Below, piece by piece: positions 9,506 through 19,500 of a stretch of 59,599 nt of DNA (positions are counted from its first letter, which is position 1; each line of letters begins with the position of its first letter). The DNA is from Thermodesulfobacteriota bacterium (GTDB taxonomy: Bacteria > Desulfobacterota > Desulfobacteria > Desulfobacterales > B30-G6). The translations under genes and the position numbers were made by a program. The stretch is from NCBI GenBank assembly GCA_039714495.1, contig JBDLJD010000004.1, positions 1 to 59,599 of the forward strand. Reading direction: 5' to 3'. The notes under the pieces are model-generated. The model had not been told where the DNA came from. It ran no database searches and was given only the letters and a program-made list of their open reading frames with translations.

Positions 9506-11077
9506 TTAGTCCGGCCGGTTCACGGGGACAGATGGAAAAATCGAAGGATCGGTGTGGGGCAGAAACTTAGCCGCGCTGAAGCGATTCATGAATTCCTGAT
9601 TCACGTTTAGCTCGAGGTAGGTGATCCTGTCCCTTATGCAATCGATCTCATCCGGGTTTCCGGGGCGGGTGAGCAGCTGTGCTGCCCCTTCCAGAGAACT
9701 GTTGCCCAGCACCTTGAAGGTGTCCAGAGAAAGATCGGGCAGCATACCGATGGAAATGGCCGATGCCGGATCGATGAAGGACCCGAACGTACCGGCCACG
9801 TAGAAGGTTGAGAGGTCCCGTGGCAGCATCCCTACGGAAGCCGTAATGGTTTCAAGGATGGTATACATGGCCGCCTTGGAGCGGATCAGGCTGTCGATGT
9901 CTGCCTGGCTGACAAAAAGATCCTGCCCGGTTGCCGATTGATCAGCAGGAACGGCCACAAGGTATGGCAGGCCGGCTTCCTGCTTCAGCCTGGCACCACA
10001 CGCTTCCGGGACGAACTTCCCGCGGATGTCCAACATACCGGACAAGAACAAATGCGCGGCAAGGTCGATCAGCCCGGAACCGCAGATGCCTTTTGGCCTT
10101 GCATTGCCAATAGTGGATAGTTCGAAGGTGCCCGTTCCGGGCTGAATGACCACCTTGTCGATCACCCCCGGGCCTGCCAGCATCCCCATACGGGTCACGC
10201 CTCCTTCCAGGGCCGGTCCGGCAGCCCCGGCGCAGGCTACCAGCCAGTTGCTGTTGCCCAGGACAACCTCTGCATTGGTGCCCACATCCACCAGGATGGC
10301 CGTCTCTTCTGTTTTGTGCATGCCGGAGTATAAAATACCCGCCATGAGGTCCCCGCCGAAATAGCTGCCGATATTGGGGTGGATGTAAATTCTGCCCGAG
10401 GGGTTGACGGCAATCCCAAGATCCGATGCCCGCATCATCCCAGGTCGGTTGACCACCGGAATATAGGGTTCCCTGATAAGCCACTGGGGATCCAATCCCA
10501 TGAACAGATGGGTCATGGCCGTGTTGCCGGCCATGGAAACCAGATATATGCCTGTAGGATCCCTTCCGCAGGAGCGGCTGAGGTTCTTTATGTTGTTGTT
10601 CAGGCCGTCAATGATCAGGCGGTTGAGCTCATCCAGGCCTTTAGTTTTTTCGGAAAAATGAATCCTCGCTAATATGTCCGGGCCGATGGGTATCTGGGGA
10701 TTGTCAAAGGCGTGTTCACCCAGGATATCCCCTGAAAGAAGACTGACGAGCCGAATGACCACCCGGGAGGTTCCCAGGTCCACGGCCACTCCCAGCGGAG
10801 GATCCTCCTGCTCCAAAGCAAAGAGACCGACCACCTGCCAGCACCCCTGCTCCTTTAGCACCACACAGCCTGCACGGTAGCCCCATTCCCTGAGTAGAAA
10901 GGGTAATTTTTTCAACAGCTGCAGGTCGATGGCCACCCTGTCGGTGTGGAGCTCCTTTTTCAGGCGTTCCACCAGTCGGTCCGCATCGGATGTGTTGTCA
11001 GACAGTGCCGGCGGCGTCAGGACGACACGTTTGACCCAACCGTCTTCGATGTATTGCCGCTCTTGCTGAGTTCCCAT
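9506..11077 (-). CDS. ASKHA-domain ATP-dependent corrinoid reductive activator (RACo/DUF4445 family) lacking the N-terminal [2Fe-2S] domain
   Basis: VDLGTS, GNTAM.H, VDVGTNAE, AAGPALEG, GICGSG, AGTFG, GNSSL; no N-terminal CxxxGxCxxC. Confidence 0.9.
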   Translation of the reverse strand: MGTQQERQYIEDGWVKRVVLTPPALSDNTSDADRLVERLKKELHTDRVAIDLQLLKKLPFLLREWGYRAGCVVLKEQGCWQVVGLFALEQEDPPLGVAVDLGTSRVVIRLVSLLSGDILGEHAFDNPQIPIGPDILARIHFSEKTKGLDELNRLIIDGLNNNIKNLSRSCGRDPTGIYLVSMAGNTAMTHLFMGLDPQWLIREPYIPVVNRPGMMRASDLGIAVNPSGRIYIHPNIGSYFGGDLMAGILYSGMHKTEETAILVDVGTNAEVVLGNSNWLVACAGAAGPALEGGVTRMGMLAGPGVIDKVVIQPGTGTFELSTIGNARPKGICGSGLIDLAAHLFLSGMLDIRGKFVPEACGARLKQEAGLPYLVAVPADQSATGQDLFVSQADIDSLIRSKAAMYTILETITASVGMLPRDLSTFYVAGTFGSFIDPASAISIGMLPDLSLDTFKVLGNSSLEGAAQLLTRPGNPDEIDCIRDRITYLELNVNQEFMNRFSAAKFLPHTDPSIFPSVPVNRPD

Positions 11078-11082
11078 TTAGG

Positions 11083-11922
11083 TTATAGTTTGAATGTCAT
11101 ATCACTGCCCACGGCGATACACGTAAGATCCTGTCCTTCCACGGCGATGCGCTTCCGGCACAAATCTACAATCTCGTCCATGGCATCGTCCGAGCGGTCC
11201 TGGTTCAGGTGGAACAGCCCCAGTTTCTTTACTTTGGCTCTGATAGCCAGGTCCAGTACGTCAGCGTAGCTTGAATGGCCCCATTCGATGTATTGCTCAT
11301 ACTCCTGGGGTGTGTATTCGGCGTCATGGATCAGAAAGTCGGCCCCGGCACAGAATTCGGCATAGTCTTCTTTTGCAAGGCCTTTGGGGTGGACATATCC
11401 CAGCTCGTTGTCGGTCAGAAATACAAAGGTTTTGCTATTCTCGATAAACTTGTACCCCCGTCCGCCGTTGGGATGGCTCAGGTGGATAGGCACCACCTGC
11501 ACAGAGCCTATTTCAAAGGGTTCAGGGCACCCTTCCTCATAGATGAATCCTGCACTCAGATCTGAATATTTTACAGGAAAATTGGGCGGCGTCAGGATGC
11601 GGGTGATCATCCGTTCCGCATAAGATCCGGAATAGGGGCAGCGGAACGTCTTGATTCTGGTTTCCTTTTCGTAAAGCGGCTTGAAAAAAGGCAGGCCCAT
11701 GAGATGGTCCCAATGGGCATGGGTGAAGAGAAAATTGAAGGTGTTGCGCGTTTCGTCGATCAGTTTGTTGCCCAGTCGCCGGATGCCGGTCCCTGCGTCA
11801 ACGATGATAATGTCGTCGCTTTGGGTCCGAATCTCGAGGCAGGTGGTGTCACCGCCGTATTTGTTGTATGCTTTGCCTGATACAGGTATCGATCCCCTGG
11901 AACCCCAGCACGTGATAACCAT
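11083..11922 (-). CDS. MBL-fold metallo-hydrolase
   Basis: WGSRGS, GGDTTC, DAGTG, THAHWDH, TDNE, HDA, GHS motifs. Confidence 0.9.
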   Translation of the reverse strand: MVITCWGSRGSIPVSGKAYNKYGGDTTCLEIRTQSDDIIIVDAGTGIRRLGNKLIDETRNTFNFLFTHAHWDHLMGLPFFKPLYEKETRIKTFRCPYSGSYAERMITRILTPPNFPVKYSDLSAGFIYEEGCPEPFEIGSVQVVPIHLSHPNGGRGYKFIENSKTFVFLTDNELGYVHPKGLAKEDYAEFCAGADFLIHDAEYTPQEYEQYIEWGHSSYADVLDLAIRAKVKKLGLFHLNQDRSDDAMDEIVDLCRKRIAVEGQDLTCIAVGSDMTFKL

Positions 11923-11963
11923 TCGTTCCCTTTCGGCCTTCCTGAACCCAAACCGTTACTTTG

Positions 11964-12818
11964 TCATGCTGCGTATCCGAGATAAGTCTGCCATACCCCG
12001 TCTGCTTCCCATTTTTTAATAATCTCAACAGGATGGCGTCTCAGTTTTCGTTCGATTTCCAGTGCCTGGCTGCGCAGAAGTCCGGACAGGATGAAAAACC
12101 TGCCCTTTAAAAACCCCCGGTTTTGGATGAGGCGATTCATGACATCGTAATGTATGTTTGATATCACAAGATCACTCGGAAAGTCTATAAAATTTTCAGC
12201 AGCCCCTTGCACCGCCAGCACCTGCTCCTCCATATGGTTCAAAAGCACGTTGTGCCGCGCGGTCCTGGCTGCCAATCGGTTCAAATCCAGTGCCAGCACC
12301 TTCTGGCTGCCCAACTTGGCTGCCGCTATGGCCAAAAGGCCGGTGCCTGTTCCGATATCCAGGACAACTTCCGGAACATCCATCCGGCTCACCAGGTCCA
12401 GGGCCTCCATGCAGGCGTGGGTCGTGGGGTGGGTGCCGGTACCGAAAACAACCCCCGGATCCAGGAGGATTCGACAATCTTCAGCTGATCTGCCGGAACC
12501 CTTAGAATTGGATGCGCCTTGGAGCCAGGGCGGCATCACTTGGATGCGGCCCACGGAAAAAGGCGCTATGGGTCCACCGTGCCAGTCATCATAGGTCATC
12601 TGGTACTGATCGAGAATGGTCAGGTGCGGTTCATCGGCAACCAGGTTTTCCACAATCGGATCTTGAGGTCGGGAGAAAAAAAGAAATGCGTGGCCGCCCT
12701 CTTCCCAATTGCCGATGAAGTGTTCGCCAAAATAGTCGTCTTGGGCTTGGACCTGCCCCTCGAGATAATATATGTGCAGATCGCCGTAAGGCTTTTGGCA
12801 GGGTTGGATGGGTTGCAT
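11964..12818 (-). CDS. prmA: PrmA-family (ribosomal protein L11-type) methyltransferase
   Basis: DPGVVFGTGTHPTT, LDIGTGTG SAM motif, SNI, ILSG. Confidence 0.75.
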   Translation of the reverse strand: MQPIQPCQKPYGDLHIYYLEGQVQAQDDYFGEHFIGNWEEGGHAFLFFSRPQDPIVENLVADEPHLTILDQYQMTYDDWHGGPIAPFSVGRIQVMPPWLQGASNSKGSGRSAEDCRILLDPGVVFGTGTHPTTHACMEALDLVSRMDVPEVVLDIGTGTGLLAIAAAKLGSQKVLALDLNRLAARTARHNVLLNHMEEQVLAVQGAAENFIDFPSDLVISNIHYDVMNRLIQNRGFLKGRFFILSGLLRSQALEIERKLRRHPVEIIKKWEADGVWQTYLGYAA

Positions 12819-12997
12819 AGGGCTACCTGGAACTGGCGGAAGGCGTCAGGTTTCGGGTGTTGGGTATCGGGAATTACTGAATACCGAAAGCTCAATTATC
12901 AATTAAGAATTAACAATTGAAATATTCCCAATATCTGGCACCCTACTTTTCTGGATGTTAGATCCTGGGGGCAATTGGTGTAATGCACCCAGCCCCA

Positions 12998-13066
12998 GCA
13001 GGGATAAATCCCTGCGCTACATGGTTGATTCGAGGAATGGGCATGTAGGCCAAGGCTTTAGCCTTG
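12998..13066. repeat. Inverted pair of GTAG-type REP-like palindromes
   Basis: GTAGCGCAGGGATTTATCCCTGC (- strand, 12998-13020) and GTAGGCCAAGGCTTTAGCCTTG (+ strand, 13045-13066). Confidence 0.55.
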
Positions 13067-13165
13067 TTTTCTCCCTACTGCTAACTCCATACTCCTTACT
13101 GACTCTGTCCTCTGTGGCTCTGGCTTCTGGCCCTCCGACCTCTGGTAGCTCTGAAGTTCCTGCCT

Positions 13166-13846
13166 CTAGGACTGGTGTTGGGGCAGCTGATCCAGATACC
13201 AGTCCATGGGATCCAACAGATGGTACCCCATATCCTTCAGTTTCTTTTTAACACGGCTAACATTCTGCGTCAGCAGATACGGAAAAACAGCCCGTTTGTC
13301 CTCTTCCCAGTAGCGGGCTACCAGAATGCTGCCAAAGGAGATGTTTTCCTCGGTGATGGCATCCACAATTTGCTTCAACTGCCCCACTTCTTCGGTCACC
13401 AGAATGCACAAAAGGGTGCCGGGTTCACCGATCCCCAGCACATTGGTAAACGCCCGCAGGAGGTCGCGAACCGAAATGATGCCTTTCAGCTTGCGGTTTT
13501 CATCCACGACCGGAAAGGCGCCCACGCGCTTCTCCTGGATCAGAAGCAGTGCGTCCTGAATGGTGTCCCCCGGTGAAATGGCCATCGGGTCTTTGGTCAT
13601 GATATCCCGTATCTTGAGCGTTTCCGCCTTCTCGCGCCCCGCATCGCAGTCAGAATCCTTGAAAAGACTGTAGGGGAGCGCGCTCCTGATGTCGCGGTCG
13701 GTGACCACCCCTACCAGGGTGTGATCCTCATCGATAACCGGGAGGTGGCGAATGGTGTGTTTGGCCATCTTTTCCTGGGCTTCGAAAATACTGGCACCAC
13801 CGGTTACAGTTATAACCTCACTTGTCATTGACCTGCTGACAAACAT
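13166..13846 (-). CDS. CBS-pair + ACT domain protein (AcuB-like)
   Basis: Start MFVSRSM after GGAGG; two CBS domains (IRHLPV..GVVTDRD; GAFPVV..GIISVRD) and an ACT-like tail. Confidence 0.88.
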   Translation of the reverse strand: MFVSRSMTSEVITVTGGASIFEAQEKMAKHTIRHLPVIDEDHTLVGVVTDRDIRSALPYSLFKDSDCDAGREKAETLKIRDIMTKDPMAISPGDTIQDALLLIQEKRVGAFPVVDENRKLKGIISVRDLLRAFTNVLGIGEPGTLLCILVTEEVGQLKQIVDAITEENISFGSILVARYWEEDKRAVFPYLLTQNVSRVKKKLKDMGYHLLDPMDWYLDQLPQHQS

Positions 13847-13962
13847 GGCGTCCTCCAATCTTGATATGTTGATTTTTAAATTCAGTTCTTTTTTTGGATC
13901 TTGCGCGGTTCTTGAAATTACCCCAGCCCATCGTTGCCGCCGAAAATGTTCTGGGGCCGGCC

Positions 13963-14913
13963 TCATGCATCGAGCAATGCCCTCACGTGGTTGGCCGCCA
14001 GTTCAGGGAGCCGCTTGAGGCTGTAACCGCCCTCGAGTACTGAAATCAGCCGGCCGCCGGCGTGTTCCTTGGCCAGGCTGAGGGCCGTCTCGATCAACCA
14101 GGTGAAGGCCTTTGTGGATAGTTTTACATCCGACATGTCATCGTCGATGTGCGCATCGAATCCGGCAGACACCAGAATGACCTCCGGTCTGAATCTTTCA
14201 AAAGCCGGCAGAAGGTCTCTTTTGATGTAATGGCCGTACTCCTCATCACCGTGTCCCGGAAGCACCGGGGTGTTCTTGGTATACCCCCGCCCTTCGGCAC
14301 TGCCCTGCTCGAATTCCCGTCCTGTACCCGGATAGGCAAAGGAGGGGTGCTGGTGAATGGAATAGTAGAAAACCGACGGATCTTTTTCGAAGATGTGCTG
14401 GGTGCCGTTGCCGTGGTGAACGTCAAAATCGATGATGCCCACTTTGCCCACACCCCACTGCTTCATGAGGTACCTCGCAGCGATGGCCACGTTGTTGAAG
14501 TAGCAGAACCCCATGGCCTCCCCTGTCTCGGCATGGTGCCCGGGCGGGCGGACTGCACAGAAAGCGTTGTCGATCTCGCCCTTCATGAGCATCTCCGCGG
14601 TCTTGATCACCCCGCCGGATGCCAGCAGTGCGGTTTCGAATGTGTCCGAGCACATGGAACAGTCAGGCGTGTCCATGCTTTTCTGCCCGGCGTAGCACAC
14701 CTCTTCAAAACGCCGGATGTATGTCACATCGTGCACGGTTTCAATCCAGCGAAGGTCCGCTCGCTCGCCCTGGATCTGCACAAGATTCTGTAAAAGCCCC
14801 GCCTCCTCTATCCCCTTGTGTATCGCCTCGAGCCTTTCGGGAACCTCCGGATGGTATGGGCCGGTGTCATGAAGAAGGTAACGCGGGTCATATAGAAAAC
14901 CTGTTTTTTTCAT
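13963..14913 (-). CDS. Zn-dependent histone-deacetylase-family protein (AcuC-like)
   Basis: HPE..ERL, RPPGHH, GFC, DFDVHHGNGT, SAGFD, LEGGY. Confidence 0.95.
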   Translation of the reverse strand: MKKTGFLYDPRYLLHDTGPYHPEVPERLEAIHKGIEEAGLLQNLVQIQGERADLRWIETVHDVTYIRRFEEVCYAGQKSMDTPDCSMCSDTFETALLASGGVIKTAEMLMKGEIDNAFCAVRPPGHHAETGEAMGFCYFNNVAIAARYLMKQWGVGKVGIIDFDVHHGNGTQHIFEKDPSVFYYSIHQHPSFAYPGTGREFEQGSAEGRGYTKNTPVLPGHGDEEYGHYIKRDLLPAFERFRPEVILVSAGFDAHIDDDMSDVKLSTKAFTWLIETALSLAKEHAGGRLISVLEGGYSLKRLPELAANHVRALLDA

Positions 14914-15022
14914 CGTTCACCCAACCAGTTATCGTTATACCGGTTGCCATAAAAATGTACCGATACAATCGATGTCATAAATAAGAACTATATTTTTTAA
15001 AATAAAATTATGGGCCACAATT

Positions 15023-15784
15023 TTATTTCAGGATGTCATCAAAAATGCTGAATGCTGTCTGTATGGCCGGGTTGTCATCCGGCAGTTCGACGGTGGGGCG
15101 CCCTTCCAGATCAAACTCATACACCATCTCATCTTCCGGTATTGACCCGGCAAGTTCCAGACCGTCCTTTTCGATAATGTCGAGAACTGCCTGAGACGGT
15201 TCAGCCTTGGTCTGATTCATTATGAGAAAGCTTTTCCCGACACCTATGTTCAGGTCTTTGGTCAGCTTGTCAATCCTGAGACCGGCCTGAAGTCCCCGCC
15301 GGGAGGTGTCGGACACGATCAGCAGGATATCCACATTGCTGGTGGTCAGGCGGCTGATGTGCTCCATGCCGGCTTCGTTGTCCATGACCACATAAGGGTA
15401 ATTGCCGGTCAGCCGTTCCAGAAAACCGGTCAACAGCGTGTTGGCGGCACAGTAGCACCCCGAGCCTTCGGGCTGGCCCATAACCACCAGATCATACCCC
15501 TCATCTTCCACCACGGCCTGTTCCAGCTTCATGGACATGAAAACATCCTTGGTCATCCCACCTGGGACGACACCTTTTTTCATCTCCTCACGGGCGTTGC
15601 CCAGGGTGTCTGCCACTTCGAGCCCCAGCACCTCGTTCAGATTCGAATTGCTGTCAGCATCCACGGCCAGTACCGGCACCTTGCCCTTTTTTACCAGATA
15701 TTTAATCAGCATCCCGGCAACCGTGGTTTTGCCGGTACCGCCTTTGCCGGCCAGCGCTATTGAATACGTCATCTTATTGTGCAT
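15023..15784 (-). CDS. cooC: CooC/AcsF-type Ni-insertion ATPase (CODH/ACS maturation)
   Basis: GKGGTGKTT, VDAD, GCYC, DNEAGMEH. Confidence 0.9.
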   Translation of the reverse strand: MHNKMTYSIALAGKGGTGKTTVAGMLIKYLVKKGKVPVLAVDADSNSNLNEVLGLEVADTLGNAREEMKKGVVPGGMTKDVFMSMKLEQAVVEDEGYDLVVMGQPEGSGCYCAANTLLTGFLERLTGNYPYVVMDNEAGMEHISRLTTSNVDILLIVSDTSRRGLQAGLRIDKLTKDLNIGVGKSFLIMNQTKAEPSQAVLDIIEKDGLELAGSIPEDEMVYEFDLEGRPTVELPDDNPAIQTAFSIFDDILK

Positions 15785-16078
15785 CCTTTCGGGTATGTTT
15801 TTTTGCTGCCCTTTAACCGGATATCTTGCCGGTTTTTTAAGGCAGGATTGTAGAATCTATGGCAGCAAAGGTGTTCAGTCAAGTCTCTTTTACCTAAGTC
15901 GGAAAATGTCCCTTGAATGTTCTATAACTATTCCCCGTTTTAAAATTTGAACCGCTCAGTTCAGGTGCAATTTTCTTGCATTGGCACCGGCCCTATGTTA
16001 ATCTTATTGTTTTCAATAAAGGTCAGATTTAAACTAATATAATCAAGCTTATTCAAATATTGAACAGGGAGAAAGCAC

Positions 16079-17233
16079 ATGGAATTTGAGTTGAACAGAA
16101 CACAGAAAGAGATCCAGAAAGCAGTCAGAGATTTTACCAAAGGCGAGTTTGACAAGGAACTGGCCCTGGAATTGGACAGAAAACACGAGTATCCTAAAAA
16201 GATATGGCAGAAAGCCGGCGACCTGGGATTGATCGGCGTCCATTTTCCTGAAGAATATTCAGGTCAGGGGCTGGGCAGCATGGAAGATATTATCGTCATC
16301 GAAGAACTGTGCCGGGGTGATTCCACCATCGGAAGCGCAGTGGCATTGGCCAGCTTTGCTTCAGAACTGGTCCTGCACTACGGCAGTGAGGAGCTCAAAA
16401 AGAAATACCTTCCCCTGGTGGCGGAGGGAAAAATGCTTTCCGGCGGGGCCTTTACGGAACCTGACCACGGCTCCGATATAACCGCCATGAACACCACCGC
16501 CGTCAAGGACGGAGACGAGTGGGTGGTCAATGGCGTAAAAACCTTCATCACCAACGGCGGAATGGCTGGATTCTACTCTGTGCTATGCCAGACAGACCCC
16601 GACGCCTCCCCGGCCTACAGGGGCTTGAGTGTCATATTTGTGGAAGCTGACCGCGAAGGTGTCTCCACATCGGATGTGGGTGAGAAAATGGGCATCAGCA
16701 TGATGGCAACCGCCGAAGTGGTCTTCAAAGACGTGCGCGTCCCGGCCGCCAATCTGATCGGTGAAGAAGGCAAAGGATTCTACCACGTGCTCCATTTCTT
16801 CGATGAAAGCCGGATCCAGATAGCTGCCCAGGCACTGGGAACCGCCCAGGGAGCCTATGACCGGGCGCTCGATTACGTTAAACAACGGGAGCAGTTCGGC
16901 AAGAAAATAGCCCAGTTCCAGGTCACCCAGCACAAACTGGCTGACATGGCCACCAAAATAGAGCTGGCCAGGTTGATTACCTACAAGGCCGCCTGGAATT
17001 TCGACCAGGGCAGAATCGATCCCAAGCTGACCTCCATGGCTAAGATGTTTGCCGCCAAAACCGCCGTGGAAGTAGCTGACGAAGCCATTCAGCTGCTGGG
17101 CGGCTACGGCTATATGAAAGAGTACGAAGTGGAGCGTTTCTACCGGGATGCCAAGATAACGGAAATCTATGAAGGCACCAAGGAGATCCAGAAAAATACC
17201 ATTGCCAGTTCAGTAATAGGCAAACTCAAATAA
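16079..17233 (+). CDS. Acyl-CoA dehydrogenase
   Basis: FTEPDHGSD, NGVKTFITNG, REQFGK, GGYGY, IYEGT. Confidence 0.95.
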   Translation: MEFELNRTQKEIQKAVRDFTKGEFDKELALELDRKHEYPKKIWQKAGDLGLIGVHFPEEYSGQGLGSMEDIIVIEELCRGDSTIGSAVALASFASELVLHYGSEELKKKYLPLVAEGKMLSGGAFTEPDHGSDITAMNTTAVKDGDEWVVNGVKTFITNGGMAGFYSVLCQTDPDASPAYRGLSVIFVEADREGVSTSDVGEKMGISMMATAEVVFKDVRVPAANLIGEEGKGFYHVLHFFDESRIQIAAQALGTAQGAYDRALDYVKQREQFGKKIAQFQVTQHKLADMATKIELARLITYKAAWNFDQGRIDPKLTSMAKMFAAKTAVEVADEAIQLLGGYGYMKEYEVERFYRDAKITEIYEGTKEIQKNTIASSVIGKLK

Positions 17234-17348
17234 AAAATGCTTTTTTGATCAATTGTCCATTATTTGCCCTGAAAATAGGGTATTACGCAATAACGTAAGC
17301 ATTTGTCCAACAACCGTAAAAAAAAAGCATTTTTAAGGAGGACACGTC

Positions 17349-17657
17349 ATGTTGGAGCTGTTCAAAAAAAGCATGCTCACCGGTATAGGCCTGGCGCTCA
17401 AAACCTGGGATGAGGTCGAAGCCCTGGGAAAAGAGTTGGAAGAAAAGGGCAAAATGCCCCGGGAAGAAGCCAAAAAATTCATCGAGGAACTTCAGGTGCG
17501 ATATGAAGAAACCCAGGTCAAGCTGGAAGAGCGGGTTGAAAAGAGCGTCAGGGATTTTCTGATACGGGCCGACATCGTCACCGGAGAAGATCTCAAGGGC
17601 CTTAAAAAAGAAATCCGGGAGCTGAAAAGCCTCATCAGCCAGAATCCGGAAGACTGA
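17349..17657 (+). CDS. Phasin-like / PHA-regulator-like coiled-coil protein
   Basis: AAGGAGG RBS; 'LTGIGLA...EEKGKM..EEAK' pattern; directly upstream of ubiB. Confidence 0.7.
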   Translation: MLELFKKSMLTGIGLALKTWDEVEALGKELEEKGKMPREEAKKFIEELQVRYEETQVKLEERVEKSVRDFLIRADIVTGEDLKGLKKEIRELKSLISQNPED

Positions 17658-17802
17658 TGACGGATTGCCGGAGGACGGAGCCCCAGAGGCCAGAGCCACA
17701 GAACTCCAGATGTCGGAGGGACAGAGGTCGGAGGCCCGAGTCATTAACAATTATCTATCTTTGATCTGAACGTACCCCTTAGTAGCCGAGTCTGGAGCCT
17801 GC

Positions 17803-19500
17803 ATGCTCAGCATTAGAAAAATAGGCGTCATTGGCCGGACCTATCGGAACCTGAACCGCTATTCCCAAATTCTGGGGATTCTGTTCAAATACGGTTTCGG
17901 GGACCTGGTCGAAACCCTCAAGATCGACCAATACTTGGAGATCGGCCTGCAGATGATCTCCAGGAAAAAAAGAGACCGGGTCGAAAAATCGACCCGGGCG
18001 GAACGCATCCGCATGGCCTTCGAGGAACTGGGCCCCACCTACATCAAGCTGGGGCAGATCCTCTCCACGCGTCCCGACCTCGTCCCCCCCGATTTCGTCG
18101 CCGAACTGGCCAAGCTGCAGGATGATGTCCCCCCCTTTCCCTTCCACCATGCCAGAAAGATTGTGGAGGCCGAGCTCGGCAAGCCCCTGGAAGACGTATT
18201 CGTTTCTTTCGACGAAAAACCCCTGGCCTCCGCCTCCATCGGTCAGGTGCATAGGGCTGAACTCCTGGATGGGGATACGGTAGCGGTCAAGGTGCAGCGG
18301 CCCGGGATCAAAAAGATCATTGAGGTGGATCTTGAAATCATGCTGCACCTGGCTACACTGGCGGAAAAACACATCGAGGAAATCTCCTTCCACCGCCCGG
18401 TGAAAATAGTCGAAGAATTTGCCAAAACACTGGAACGGGAGCTGGACTACGGCATCGAGTCATCCAGCATGGAGCGCGTGGCCGGCCAGTTCCTGGATGC
18501 CCCCCATGTCTATATCCCCAAGGTTTTCCAAGATACATCTTCAGCGCGGGTGCTCACCACTGAATTCATTGACGGCATCAAGATTTCCAGCGTGGAACAA
18601 CTCGAATCAGGCGACTATGACAAAAAGCTGATCACCCGGAGGGGAGCCGACATATGCCTCAGTCAGATATTCGACCACGGTTTTTTCCATGCCGATCCGC
18701 ATCCCGGAAACATTTTCGTTCTGCCCGACAATGTCATCTGCCTTCTAGACTTCGGCATGGTGGGCACCATTGAACGGAATACCAAGGAAAGCTTTGTGGA
18801 TCTGGTGGACAGCATTGTCCGGCGAGACGAGTCCCTGGCCGCGCATCAGATATTGAAGCTCACATCATGGGAAGAAGAACCCGACATTCGCTTGTTCGAA
18901 AAGGACGTGGCGGATTTCATGGGACGGCATCTTTACAATGCGCTCAAGGAAATCAATCTCGGTAAACTGCTGCAGGAGCTTCTGGAACTGGCCGCCCAGC
19001 ACCGTCTCAGAATATACCCGGACATCTTCCTGATGATGAAAGCCCTGGCCGCCGTGGAAGGCATCGCACGGTATCTGGATCCCGACTTTGACATGGTGAC
19101 CCAGTCGGCGCCCTTCATCGCCAAGGTGAAGCTCAACCGCTTTTCCCCCGAACGCCTCGAAAGCGACATTGTCAAACTGATCACCCAGTCTTATCAATTC
19201 ATCCACAAGTTCCCGAGAGACCTTTTAGAGATCACGCGCCTCATCCGGCAGCAGAAGCTATCCTTTAAACACGATCTGGAAGGTTTCGACCGGATGCTCT
19301 CCACCCATGACCAGATCAGCAACCGTATTTCGTTTTCCATCGTGATCGCCGCCCTGATCATCGGGTCGGCGCTTATCGTCATTTCCAACACCCCTCCGCT
19401 TTTCTACGGCATATCCCTCATCGGCATCATCGGGTTCCTGGCAGCCACGGTTTTGGGCGTCTGGCTGTTGGTGGCGATCCTGAAAAAGGGAAGCCTCTGA
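17803..19500 (+). CDS. ubiB: AarF/UbiB (ABC1) atypical kinase family protein
   Basis: KLGQILSTRPD, ASASIGQVH, VAVKVQ, HADPHPGN, LDFG, two C-terminal TM helices. Confidence 0.92.
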   Translation: MLSIRKIGVIGRTYRNLNRYSQILGILFKYGFGDLVETLKIDQYLEIGLQMISRKKRDRVEKSTRAERIRMAFEELGPTYIKLGQILSTRPDLVPPDFVAELAKLQDDVPPFPFHHARKIVEAELGKPLEDVFVSFDEKPLASASIGQVHRAELLDGDTVAVKVQRPGIKKIIEVDLEIMLHLATLAEKHIEEISFHRPVKIVEEFAKTLERELDYGIESSSMERVAGQFLDAPHVYIPKVFQDTSSARVLTTEFIDGIKISSVEQLESGDYDKKLITRRGADICLSQIFDHGFFHADPHPGNIFVLPDNVICLLDFGMVGTIERNTKESFVDLVDSIVRRDESLAAHQILKLTSWEEEPDIRLFEKDVADFMGRHLYNALKEINLGKLLQELLELAAQHRLRIYPDIFLMMKALAAVEGIARYLDPDFDMVTQSAPFIAKVKLNRFSPERLESDIVKLITQSYQFIHKFPRDLLEITRLIRQQKLSFKHDLEGFDRMLSTHDQISNRISFSIVIAALIIGSALIVISNTPPLFYGISLIGIIGFLAATVLGVWLLVAILKKGSL

